From positions 2,193 to 47,704 of the forward strand of contig CAZWLS010000001.1 of assembly GCA_964634415.1 (NCBI GenBank): DNA of 45,512 bases, read 5' to 3'. The notes below the pieces were generated by a model that searched no databases, was not told the DNA's origin, and saw only the letters and a list, made by a program, of their open reading frames with translations. Each line of letters starts with the position of its first letter. The first letter of the stretch is position 1. Positions 1 through 8,728 of the stretch are shown here, one piece after another. The position numbers and the translations under genes were made by a program. This DNA is from an uncultured Roseivirgaceae bacterium. GTDB lineage: Bacteria > Bacteroidota > Bacteroidia > Cytophagales > Cyclobacteriaceae.

Positions 1-1280
1 CCGACGGAGTGAGCTTAATGATTTGGAAAGGATTCATAGATCCTAATGTAATCGGTAGGAGAATATCACATAAAACCAAATCGTTAGACGGGTTTGCAGA
101 ATCTGTTTCTACCATTGCAGAATGTGCTGATTCTACAAAAATGAAAGAAGGCCTGAGTCAGATAAGCTATGCTATTAAGCAAAAAACAAAGAATCAGGTA
201 AGAAATAAACATTTTTGGAATTCTGATTTTATGGCTCACAATGGAAGAAATGCATATTATTCAGTCAAGATGGTATCCAAAAGAACAAAAGGAACTGAAA
301 TTCTTAATGGTGAGAACAAGTTGGGCTATTGGCTCCCGTTCGGAAGCACGATTATTCTAAATTCCGGCAACGAATTAAAAGACATCTCTCCCTTGTGGAA
401 TTGGCTCAGAATACCAGGGGTAACAAATTCTCAAAATTGGAATGGAATATTCAGTAAGAAAATAACTCAGGATACTGAATTTGTAGGAGGAGTATCTAAT
501 GGTACTTCTGGAACATCTGCAATGGTCTTAGACAAGGTAGGTTTGCAAGCAAAAAAGTCATGGTTTTTCAATGAAAACACGATGGTTGCAGTTGGCGCCG
601 GAATACAGTATAACGGCAATGGTAAAGTGACGACCACCATCAACCAACTAAACTTTGATAAGTCCCTAAAAATTTTCTACCCAGACGGAGCAGTTGAGAT
701 TAAAAATGACACAACTTTTTTACTACCTCGCAAAACTAGAATCGTTCATGGAGGTATTTCGTACATGACATTTAATGCGAGTATGTATGTCAAAATCGAA
801 AGCAAAAAATCAAATTGGAATACCATTGGCAAGTCCAACGAAAAGGCAGAAGGAAGGATATTGACCATGTGGATTGAACATGATCTAGAGGAACAAAAAG
901 TCTATCAATATGCTGTAAGCACTTCCAATGATTTCGATTCAATTGAAGTATTAAGAGCAAACAGCACAACCCATGTAGTCTCAACAAAGGATTCAAGCTA
1001 TTCAAGTGCAGTGTTTTACAATCCTACGGATATAGAACTGCTTGGCGAAAGAATCACTGTTTCTAATCCTTGTATTATGATGTTACGTGATTTAGGAGAC
1101 AGTTGGGAAATGACTGTATCGAGCCCTACTCATACTTCAGTAGAATTTAATATTTCTGGCGAATTTGAAAGCACAGATGTCGAAGTGAGGGTAAGAGAGG
1201 GTCAGTCTAACTTTCGTTTAGCTCTCGAGGCGAATGAATTGATGGGTAAATCAAAGCAGATCATTCTTAAAAGAAAATAG
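1..1280 (+). CDS. Polysaccharide lyase family 8 (chondroitin AC/hyaluronate/xanthan lyase-like), 5'-truncated by the window edge
   Basis: The frame is open from the window start (D-G-V-S-L-M...). PL8-type motifs: VIGRRIS, SVKMVSKRT..E..NGEN, W.W.RIPGVT, FVGGVSNG, AKKSWFF, V.TTINQ, followed by a beta-rich C-terminal region. Confidence 0.85.
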   Translation, partial: DGVSLMIWKGFIDPNVIGRRISHKTKSLDGFAESVSTIAECADSTKMKEGLSQISYAIKQKTKNQVRNKHFWNSDFMAHNGRNAYYSVKMVSKRTKGTEILNGENKLGYWLPFGSTIILNSGNELKDISPLWNWLRIPGVTNSQNWNGIFSKKITQDTEFVGGVSNGTSGTSAMVLDKVGLQAKKSWFFNENTMVAVGAGIQYNGNGKVTTTINQLNFDKSLKIFYPDGAVEIKNDTTFLLPRKTRIVHGGISYMTFNASMYVKIESKKSNWNTIGKSNEKAEGRILTMWIEHDLEEQKVYQYAVSTSNDFDSIEVLRANSTTHVVSTKDSSYSSAVFYNPTDIELLGERITVSNPCIMMLRDLGDSWEMTVSSPTHTSVEFNISGEFESTDVEVRVREGQSNFRLALEANELMGKSKQIILKRK

Positions 1281-1283
1281 AAG

Positions 1284-2171
1284 TTAGGCAATGCTCCAGT
1301 CGGTATCAGAATAAAAATGTTTTGATACTGGCTCTGCCAACTTTCGAAGCTTGCTTATTTCATTTTCGTCAAAGCTATTCTTCCACCCTTGGATTAAGTC
1401 CTTGCTATTTCTCTTCATCTGATGAGTCACTTTACCTTCGGCTTGAGACGGATTATCATCACCAGTGAAAGATGATATTTGCTGAACGACTTCATCGGAC
1501 CAGTTTAAATCTAGTTGATTGTATAGTGTTTCAAAACCAACAATCGGGTCCAAGGAAATATCTTCATGCCTCACTTGAATCCAACTAGGATTGTTATCTA
1601 AATACGTTTTTAATACTGAATAAATGCATTTCCATACAATTATCGCTTGCTCATTAAAAGTCATATTTTTTGCATCAGTGAGCTCATTGGAAAATGATTT
1701 CAAATGATTCACCATAAGTTTTTCCTGACTTAATAAGTCTTCAAAAGGAAATGCCCATTCCATTCTCTGTAGACTTTTTACAAATGCCATTGGATGCCTA
1801 ACGACGACAACAACTTTAAAATCAAAAGTTTCTGCGAGCCATTCACTTGAAAGCGCGCAAATTGGGTCTTTAATTATCTTTCTATCAACTCTAAATGGAG
1901 GTAGCCAATGCTTTAATGATCTGCGAGGATATACTTTTCTAACTTTATTGTCTAAAATCCTTTGGTAAGCTGCTTTGGCCAGGTTTTCATCTACATCGCC
2001 GATATAAGCATACCATTTTTCGGCCAGGTCATCTAGGCTATATGCCCAATCTCCTAGATTAAAAGGTTCATCAACTATCTCGGTACCGCCTCCGAAGTTT
2101 AACATATTGGCAAGCCAAGTGGTGCCAGATCGATGGACGCCTGTGACAAGGATTGATTTCTTACTCTTCAT
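1284..2171 (-). CDS. PAPS-dependent sulfotransferase
   Basis: 5'-PSB loop GVHRSGTTWL, EPFN, IIKDP, 3'-PB motif RHPMAFVKS, RHEDI. Confidence 0.85.
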   Translation of the reverse strand: MKSKKSILVTGVHRSGTTWLANMLNFGGGTEIVDEPFNLGDWAYSLDDLAEKWYAYIGDVDENLAKAAYQRILDNKVRKVYPRRSLKHWLPPFRVDRKIIKDPICALSSEWLAETFDFKVVVVVRHPMAFVKSLQRMEWAFPFEDLLSQEKLMVNHLKSFSNELTDAKNMTFNEQAIIVWKCIYSVLKTYLDNNPSWIQVRHEDISLDPIVGFETLYNQLDLNWSDEVVQQISSFTGDDNPSQAEGKVTHQMKRNSKDLIQGWKNSFDENEISKLRKLAEPVSKHFYSDTDWSIA

Positions 2172-3372
2172 GTTCTGTTATAACCAGGCAAGTCACAATG
2201 ATGAATGAATATATCCAATATCGTGGCGTGACAAAGGCACCTGTAGAAAAATTATAGATGATAAAAAAAGCACCAAATATGATAAGTTTTTTGACGCTTA
2301 GTTTATTCCATAAATAGGTTAAAAAAGTTAAAAAAAGGAAAAAGAATCCAAAAACTCCAAAGTATGAAATGAAATTAAAAAACCCATTATTACCTAACAA
2401 TTGATTGGGATCTCCCACCGATTGGTATCTAGTTACCTTCAAAGAGTATCCCTTATTCAATATTCCAATTCCAAAGAAAGGATAGTTTTTAATCACATCT
2501 ACAGAAGTGAACATTGGATAAATTAAGCGCTGGTTTACACTTCCATCATCACCAGATGAACTTTTTTCCAATCTACCTGCTAACGCACTTATTTGCTGAA
2601 TTTCCTCAGCATATTTAATTCCAATATATGCTGCCGTGCTAAGAAAAGTAACAAGTATTACAATCGAAGGAATCTTATTTTTTGAAAGCAATAAATTAGA
2701 AAAGAATAGAATTCCTAATGAAAGAATAACGATTGGACTTGCTTCTGCCCAAAACATATAGAGGTGTAAGATTAATGCTTTGAAAAAAGTCTTATTGCTA
2801 GGTTTTAATAAATACCAAGCATTACAAATAACCATGAAGCCTTTCGTTAGATGTGAAGGCTCTGATGTAAAAAGTTTAGGTCTTACATGTCCAGTTAAAG
2901 CTACATCACGAACATCCCCGGCATAAAGGCTTTCACTGTAAAATAATGATCTGAAGAAATCACTTACGGGCCTTAAAATCCCTGCTATTTCTAGTACTGA
3001 ACCAAAAACAAGGAAAACGAGGAATGTCCCCAATACCTTCCGAAATGTTTGCTTGTTTTCTTCAGAAAACTTTTTGTAGAGAATGACACCAGAAATAAGA
3101 GATGCGGACATTAGAACCAATCCTTTCAGTTTCGCTATTATGGCCCCAGGGGTAATAGGGCTAAGAAACATTCCTATTACAATGATCCAGAAAACTCCTA
3201 GAATGAATGCGAAATCCTTCTTATTTATCAGTCTTCGACTGAAGACAAGCATTAAAATCACTAGCGAAAGAATAAAAAATGATGGTATGCCCGGGCCTAT
3301 CGGTAGAGGTAGGTCTGTGTAGGAGAAAAACAGTAACCCTAATATGAAAATATAGTGACTAATTTTTTTCAA
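2161..3372 (-). CDS. wzy: Wzy-type polysaccharide polymerase / O-antigen ligase family membrane protein
   Basis: About 10 hydrophobic segments; R...FTSEPS, S..QR and PFFGIG motifs; located inside the polysaccharide locus; TTG start. Confidence 0.7.
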   Translation of the reverse strand: MKKISHYIFILGLLFFSYTDLPLPIGPGIPSFFILSLVILMLVFSRRLINKKDFAFILGVFWIIVIGMFLSPITPGAIIAKLKGLVLMSASLISGVILYKKFSEENKQTFRKVLGTFLVFLVFGSVLEIAGILRPVSDFFRSLFYSESLYAGDVRDVALTGHVRPKLFTSEPSHLTKGFMVICNAWYLLKPSNKTFFKALILHLYMFWAEASPIVILSLGILFFSNLLLSKNKIPSIVILVTFLSTAAYIGIKYAEEIQQISALAGRLEKSSSGDDGSVNQRLIYPMFTSVDVIKNYPFFGIGILNKGYSLKVTRYQSVGDPNQLLGNNGFFNFISYFGVFGFFFLFLTFLTYLWNKLSVKKLIIFGAFFIIYNFSTGAFVTPRYWIYSFIIVTCLVITEHEE

Positions 3373-4351
3373 CCTGAGGCATAATTTGGTTTGCAGCGTA
3401 CAGCTTTATATCAAACGTGTCCAAAATTGCTTGAGACGCCTTTAGATCTTCTTCCGAAACATTTTTAATCCACTTCCCAACCAATTCTTCAGATGCACCA
3501 CTCCTAATCATCTTCTCAGTCTCAGCTTTACTCAGCCTTTTAGTGGACCTGGATGGCAAACCTGCTTGCTTTAACATGTATGATGGGTCAGCTATTTCTA
3601 GGTAATCCGCTATTTTTTGAATCTCTTCTTCTTTATTGACTACAAGATGTTCGTAAGAAACATACAACCATTCTTTCGTCTGCATTAATCTAATCGGTAT
3701 TAAATTTTCAAGAACCCAATTCAATACATGCTTTTCAATTAAAGAACCACCTTCATAAATCTTAGAACAAAGTGAATATTGTTCTTTACTAAGATGCTTA
3801 TCAATGAAATTTTTATTTTCTACATAACCCTTTAGATGTAGTCCCCAGTTGTTTCTAATCGCAGCTAACCCACAAGCGATCGGATGTCTGGTAAAATAAA
3901 TCATGTGCGAATCGAATTCTTCAAAAAACTCGATCACCGATTTAGCCGCAGTAATTTTCACTGCGATTCGAGAGGTTCTAAAATTGAAATTGCTATCCCA
4001 AAATTTCCATGGAGCATTCAACCTTAAATCATTGGTATAAATTTCGTTGATATAGGTACGTATCTTGTCTTTTGTTGGATCATCTAAAGTTCTAATGTGG
4101 CCATCTTCAGTAATTGGCAAATAACTTAAACAATGTTTGGAAGCAGTGTAAATTGAAAAAGCATGATCAATGAACGTCATGCCAGGGTTAGCTCCAAGAA
4201 TTTCCATCATCCAGGTACTTCCTCCCCTTCTAGTTGCGAACAATAGAACATTTTTTTTATCCCCCTGCCTATGTTTTACAAACGACCAGACAACAACTTT
4301 AAAAAACTGTTTAATTAGTCCTTTTATCTCTAATGAATGATGATTAGCCAT
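3359..4351 (-). CDS. Sulfotransferase-family protein
   Basis: ATRRGGSTWM (PSB-like), RHPIAC, VSYEHLV, IADYL and KW motifs of the sulfotransferase P-loop fold. Confidence 0.8.
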   Translation of the reverse strand: MANHHSLEIKGLIKQFFKVVVWSFVKHRQGDKKNVLLFATRRGGSTWMMEILGANPGMTFIDHAFSIYTASKHCLSYLPITEDGHIRTLDDPTKDKIRTYINEIYTNDLRLNAPWKFWDSNFNFRTSRIAVKITAAKSVIEFFEEFDSHMIYFTRHPIACGLAAIRNNWGLHLKGYVENKNFIDKHLSKEQYSLCSKIYEGGSLIEKHVLNWVLENLIPIRLMQTKEWLYVSYEHLVVNKEEEIQKIADYLEIADPSYMLKQAGLPSRSTKRLSKAETEKMIRSGASEELVGKWIKNVSEEDLKASQAILDTFDIKLYAANQIMPQVEKN

Positions 4352-4357
4352 TAATGA

Positions 4358-5332
4358 TCAACTTAAATACCACTTACTTTTATTTGTGCCAAAAAGCACA
4401 TTCAGTTTAAGTTTCAGAATTAACCTGTAAGCAAAGATCCCAATTAAATCTCGTAAAATATATTTTGGGCTAACACCTATTTTTTTGAATTCTGATGTCA
4501 GCTCCTTCTTATCATAGCCCTGATTAGCATAAGCACTTGCAGAAGTCTTTTTTAGGAAACTTTTTACATACGAACGCCTAACCAACCCACTTAAATTATT
4601 TTTCCACTTTTCATTCGATTTCTTTTGGATATCGGAATATTCGAATTGGCCTGTTGGATCTCCCATCGAACCTTTCTTAAAAGTGTGCTTGTGAAAATCC
4701 TCCATCATTTTTTCAGAAAAATCTAAATCCAAATAATTCATAAGCGATTCTAATTCTTCTTTCGGTTGAGAAATTAGTTGCTCATAATTCATACTGAATG
4801 ATTTATTCGCGTGAGCTTCATAAGACTTTGAAAGCAGTTCAAAGCCTGAATATATGTCATGATGGTACCTTGCAAAAAACCTAAAGTTGTTATTGCAAAA
4901 TGTATCTAATATTGAGTTGTAGATGGAAATAGGATTCCTGAATAAAAATACAAACTTAGCATTCGGAAATACCTTAACTATTTCGTCAATGATCAAATAA
5001 TACCTTGGTGTTTTATCGAGAAAATAGATTTCTCCGTTATCGCAATATTGACTGTATATTTCTTTTAAGTGCTTATTGAGCAATTCCTCATACCCAGTGG
5101 AGTTTTCAGGAAAATCTGCAATGAAATTAGTTACGGCTCTTTTTTGAGCCTGGGAGGAATACTTACTTAGAATACCTTCGTTTTCTGTCCAATGAAAGTA
5201 TGGAAAAAGCAACCACGGCTCAGGGGTTGACTTGATGTTATCATCTGTCATTAATATCCGCTGCAATAGTGTCGAGCCCGACCTAGGTAGGGAAAATAGA
5301 AATATCGGTTCTTTGAAAGCTGAGTTTTTCAT
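4358..5332 (-). CDS. PAPS-dependent sulfotransferase
   Basis: PIFLFSLPRSGSTLLQRIL, EPW, DKTPRY, FPNAKF..L.RNP..I..S, YEQLI..P. Confidence 0.9.
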   Translation of the reverse strand: MKNSAFKEPIFLFSLPRSGSTLLQRILMTDDNIKSTPEPWLLFPYFHWTENEGILSKYSSQAQKRAVTNFIADFPENSTGYEELLNKHLKEIYSQYCDNGEIYFLDKTPRYYLIIDEIVKVFPNAKFVFLFRNPISIYNSILDTFCNNNFRFFARYHHDIYSGFELLSKSYEAHANKSFSMNYEQLISQPKEELESLMNYLDLDFSEKMMEDFHKHTFKKGSMGDPTGQFEYSDIQKKSNEKWKNNLSGLVRRSYVKSFLKKTSASAYANQGYDKKELTSEFKKIGVSPKYILRDLIGIFAYRLILKLKLNVLFGTNKSKWYLS

Positions 5333-6156
5333 CTCCTTAGGCTCAATATAGTTTTCTTAATTTTATTCTTAACCTTAGAAGAAAATCCTAACTGAAGATT
5401 GCTTTTAAATTTAGTTAGAAGTGAATCTCTCTGCGATTCAGGGACATTCTTATCAAAAATGTAATTGAGCCAGTATAATTTTTTCTTTGTTTTGGCTCTA
5501 GATAAGCTTGATTTAATAAATCTATACCCAATACCAACCTCACCGGTATATTTAAAATTTGCCTTCTGAGACATGCGGATTTTCAGGTCCCAATCTTCAT
5601 AGATTGGAAGATTTAGATCAAACCCGTCAACTTCCTCGTATATTTTTTTTGAAAAGAGAAAGTCTCTGGGAATGAAACCCTGTCTAATTAACAGATTCAT
5701 GAAAATTTCCCCTTCACTTACTTCCTTGCCACCGTTTATTTCATTTATTGGTTTATCACTCTCATCGATTCGCAATACACCTGAAAAGCCTATCTGATAT
5801 TTATCAAAATTTGATGCTTTTAAGAGACTATATTCATTTACAATTTTGTTTGTATTCAAATACAAATCATCACTATCTAAAGTACTAATAAACTCACCTC
5901 TGGCTTCTTTTATACCTCTGTCTCTTGTGAAGGTAACACCACTGTTTTTCTCATTTCTAAGCAACCGAACTCGTTTGTCAACAAGGATGATCTTCTCAAC
6001 TATTTCACAGCTATTGTCTGTAGAGCAATCATCGACGACAACGACCTCTAGATTTTCATATGTTTGATTAAGGACGCTTTCAATAGAGGATTTTATATAA
6101 TCACTGTTATTAAAATTTGGGATCACCACTGATATCAAATGCTCTTCAATGCCCAT
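5329..6156 (-). CDS. Family 2 glycosyltransferase
   Basis: SVVIPNFN, SVLNQTY, VDDCSTD, LDSDD, EDWDL. ATG at 6156 is preferred over TTG at 6159. Confidence 0.9.
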   Translation of the reverse strand: MGIEEHLISVVIPNFNNSDYIKSSIESVLNQTYENLEVVVVDDCSTDNSCEIVEKIILVDKRVRLLRNEKNSGVTFTRDRGIKEARGEFISTLDSDDLYLNTNKIVNEYSLLKASNFDKYQIGFSGVLRIDESDKPINEINGGKEVSEGEIFMNLLIRQGFIPRDFLFSKKIYEEVDGFDLNLPIYEDWDLKIRMSQKANFKYTGEVGIGYRFIKSSLSRAKTKKKLYWLNYIFDKNVPESQRDSLLTKFKSNLQLGFSSKVKNKIKKTILSLRR

Positions 6157-6160
6157 CAAT

Positions 6161-7297
6161 TCAAGCTGTATAATCAGAAATCATAGTCTTCAATTTAGCC
6201 ACTTCATTCGATAATTCATTTTGATATGTACTGGCAAGATCACTTTGCTTTTGATTAACTAGCAATTGCAATGCTTTTCCAGGAGAGAGTAGCCTTCTTC
6301 CAATTTTTCCGAAGCAGAATTGTTGCATCCCTAGCTTACGACAGATATCGAAGGTTTTGCTCATCAGAGGTTTAGTTAAAGACTTTTGATAAGTGTCTAT
6401 TGATATAAATGGAATCGAATTTGAGAGACATACCACTATTGGGTGAAATCTAACTCCTATGTAGCCAACCGAATTCACGATTGTTGAATACCATTCCAAC
6501 GGATCTAGAGGCTGCTCGACAACACCATTCACGATGGACCCGTCTACAACTTGTCCTTCAGGGTGGGGAAAACTGTAGACTGATATTCCTTTAGCATTGG
6601 CTTTTCTAACAAATTTCTCAATCCATTTCTTTTTTAAAAGATTCTTATAAGGACTAAGAAGAATATAAGGTTTTTCAACTGGCTGAGCATTTAATGATGG
6701 AGCCAAACCATCAAGCAGAAAAACAGGATCAATCGTTTCTACGGCGTTTATTCTTGAATCCAATTTCTTCAAGGCTCGGTTAGTCCATAAATCCCTCACA
6801 AGAACTTTGTCAAATTTCACCAACAAACTACTAATCCCCTTCTTTGTATTTTCTTTTAATCCATCAAAGTCAGATCCCATATTGCTCACAGAAACAAAGC
6901 CTCTTTTTTTCAAAGAGAGGTCAGAGTTAAATGTCCAATCAAGCCAAAATGGATTAGGGAAATTCAGGTCCTCACGAGATTTAGATTCATCCAGTCGAAA
7001 CAGCGCATCACTTCCTGACAATACTAAATCAAAATTGTACTTGCCTATCCCTTGTGAAAGCTCTTCACCAGAACCATAGGTGTCGGTTAGCTCAAAATAT
7101 GATGTAACAAATTTCTCATGTGCTTCTAATTGCTCAGGGGTTACATTTTTCTTGTTTATTTCTACTAGATCTTTAGGACGATAGTCGATGACTATTACTT
7201 GGTGTCCAAGTTCTTTCAGATAATTTGTAGTCCCTAAACATTGAAGGTTGGCTCCGAAATTTGGGACCCAGTGATGAGTAATAAGTCCTATTTTCAT
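6161..7297 (-). CDS. Polysaccharide pyruvyltransferase family protein
   Basis: MKIGLIT, NFGANLQ, GSD, VRD, DPVFLL and RFH motifs typical of the PS_pyruv_trans family. Confidence 0.8.
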   Translation of the reverse strand: MKIGLITHHWVPNFGANLQCLGTTNYLKELGHQVIVIDYRPKDLVEINKKNVTPEQLEAHEKFVTSYFELTDTYGSGEELSQGIGKYNFDLVLSGSDALFRLDESKSREDLNFPNPFWLDWTFNSDLSLKKRGFVSVSNMGSDFDGLKENTKKGISSLLVKFDKVLVRDLWTNRALKKLDSRINAVETIDPVFLLDGLAPSLNAQPVEKPYILLSPYKNLLKKKWIEKFVRKANAKGISVYSFPHPEGQVVDGSIVNGVVEQPLDPLEWYSTIVNSVGYIGVRFHPIVVCLSNSIPFISIDTYQKSLTKPLMSKTFDICRKLGMQQFCFGKIGRRLLSPGKALQLLVNQKQSDLASTYQNELSNEVAKLKTMISDYTA

Positions 7298-8724
7298 TTT
7301 ATTCCTTCAAAATATCTTTTAGTCAAATGGTAGATTAATGTTAAGTCCATATCATCATCTTCGGCTATCAATTCTGAGAGCTCTTTGTTCATTATGCAAA
7401 TTGGATTCCGCCCTTTTGTTCCTGTAAACATACTTGATGGGACATATTTCAATGTGCTTATCTTTCTATACCATGGACTTTTATCCACAAAGTTTTTATT
7501 CTTTCCAAAATGATAGCATTCATCCGGAGCATCAATCCAAATATCAGGTAATTCACCATTGAATACCACCCCCGTAAAATTCTTTCGATATGGACGAGCT
7601 TTCATTCCAAACTCCTTTGCCGGCCCATATGCATTAAACCTATCACATACCTGATTAACGACCTCATCAATTTGATCTTCTTTAATAGGTCCACCAAATC
7701 GAGATTCGTCATTTACGTACAAGCCATTGTAGTACCAATTTGCGAACACCTTAGAATTCTGATAATCAACTTCACCTAAAGTAGAATTGATATAGTTAAA
7801 TCCCATCGGATTTTTCAACGCTTTTCTAACCCGTTTTAAAACCCACTTTACCCTGTCAACTACCGTGTAGTTTTTCTTTAAAAAACCACTTTCTTCTAAA
7901 AACACATTGTAGTTAACATGAAATTTTTGAGGCCGAGTCCCGTGATCTGCAGTTACAATGTGATTCTCAGGCGATAGTTTTTCAAAGATCAGTTTGATTT
8001 GATCATCAAAAATCGAATAAAACTGGGTGAGTCTATCATGCCAAACTTCTCCTTTTTTACTTTCTCCCCTTCTTATACGCTCTATTTCATAGGTCGCTAA
8101 GTAAGTAACGACCACAGGAGCTCTGAAGGCAATAAAACCAAAATCAACAGGCTGCTTTTCAACTAATGCAATGAAGCTTTTGACTCTATTAATCAACATC
8201 TCTTCGAGCTTGTCAAATAAAAGGTTAATTTCAGTAATTCCGGAAGGTTTCAATCTTAGATCTAGAATATAATTATGATCCTCCAAGACTTGCTTTATCC
8301 AATCACTTGAAACCATTTCATCTGGAATTCCATCAACCTTTGTGAGTCCTCCACCTGCACCAGAAACAAAAAAACCTTCAACGGATGGTGATGGATAAGT
8401 CGTAGGAACATTAATAGTACCTGATTTAAATCCTTTTTTTTCTACTAGCTCCCAAATTAGATCTGAATTAATATTCTTCTTTAAATCGCTAAATGAATAA
8501 GAAAGAGTAAACTCTTTAGTTCCTCCAAGCTTAGGTCTCAGATAAAATCCATTATGTTCAGAGCCATGCTTACCTGATATGATCTCAACCCATCCTCGGC
8601 TAAACAGATCTTCATTTAACTCAATTGAAGTATCATTCGATATTAATTGCTCCAAAAAAGGCATTTTGAAGGCTTCAAATGTACTAAGGTCTCCACCATC
8701 TATTCCTAGTATCAAGTATTTCAT
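7294..8724 (-). CDS. Alkaline phosphatase superfamily protein (type I phosphodiesterase/nucleotide pyrophosphatase-like), atypical
   Basis: LILGIDGG, S..W..I.SG, NVPTTYP, G.FVSG and TADHG motifs; no signal peptide. Confidence 0.75.
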   Translation of the reverse strand: MKYLILGIDGGDLSTFEAFKMPFLEQLISNDTSIELNEDLFSRGWVEIISGKHGSEHNGFYLRPKLGGTKEFTLSYSFSDLKKNINSDLIWELVEKKGFKSGTINVPTTYPSPSVEGFFVSGAGGGLTKVDGIPDEMVSSDWIKQVLEDHNYILDLRLKPSGITEINLLFDKLEEMLINRVKSFIALVEKQPVDFGFIAFRAPVVVTYLATYEIERIRRGESKKGEVWHDRLTQFYSIFDDQIKLIFEKLSPENHIVTADHGTRPQKFHVNYNVFLEESGFLKKNYTVVDRVKWVLKRVRKALKNPMGFNYINSTLGEVDYQNSKVFANWYYNGLYVNDESRFGGPIKEDQIDEVVNQVCDRFNAYGPAKEFGMKARPYRKNFTGVVFNGELPDIWIDAPDECYHFGKNKNFVDKSPWYRKISTLKYVPSSMFTGTKGRNPICIMNKELSELIAEDDDMDLTLIYHLTKRYFEGIK

Positions 8725-8728
8725 AGTA

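Noticed and set aside
4251-4258. A8/T8 homopolymer near the start of a sulfotransferase (also 8434-8441) as a phase-variation tract
   Set aside because: Runs of 8 are expected in AT-rich DNA, both genes are in frame, and no longer tracts were seen.
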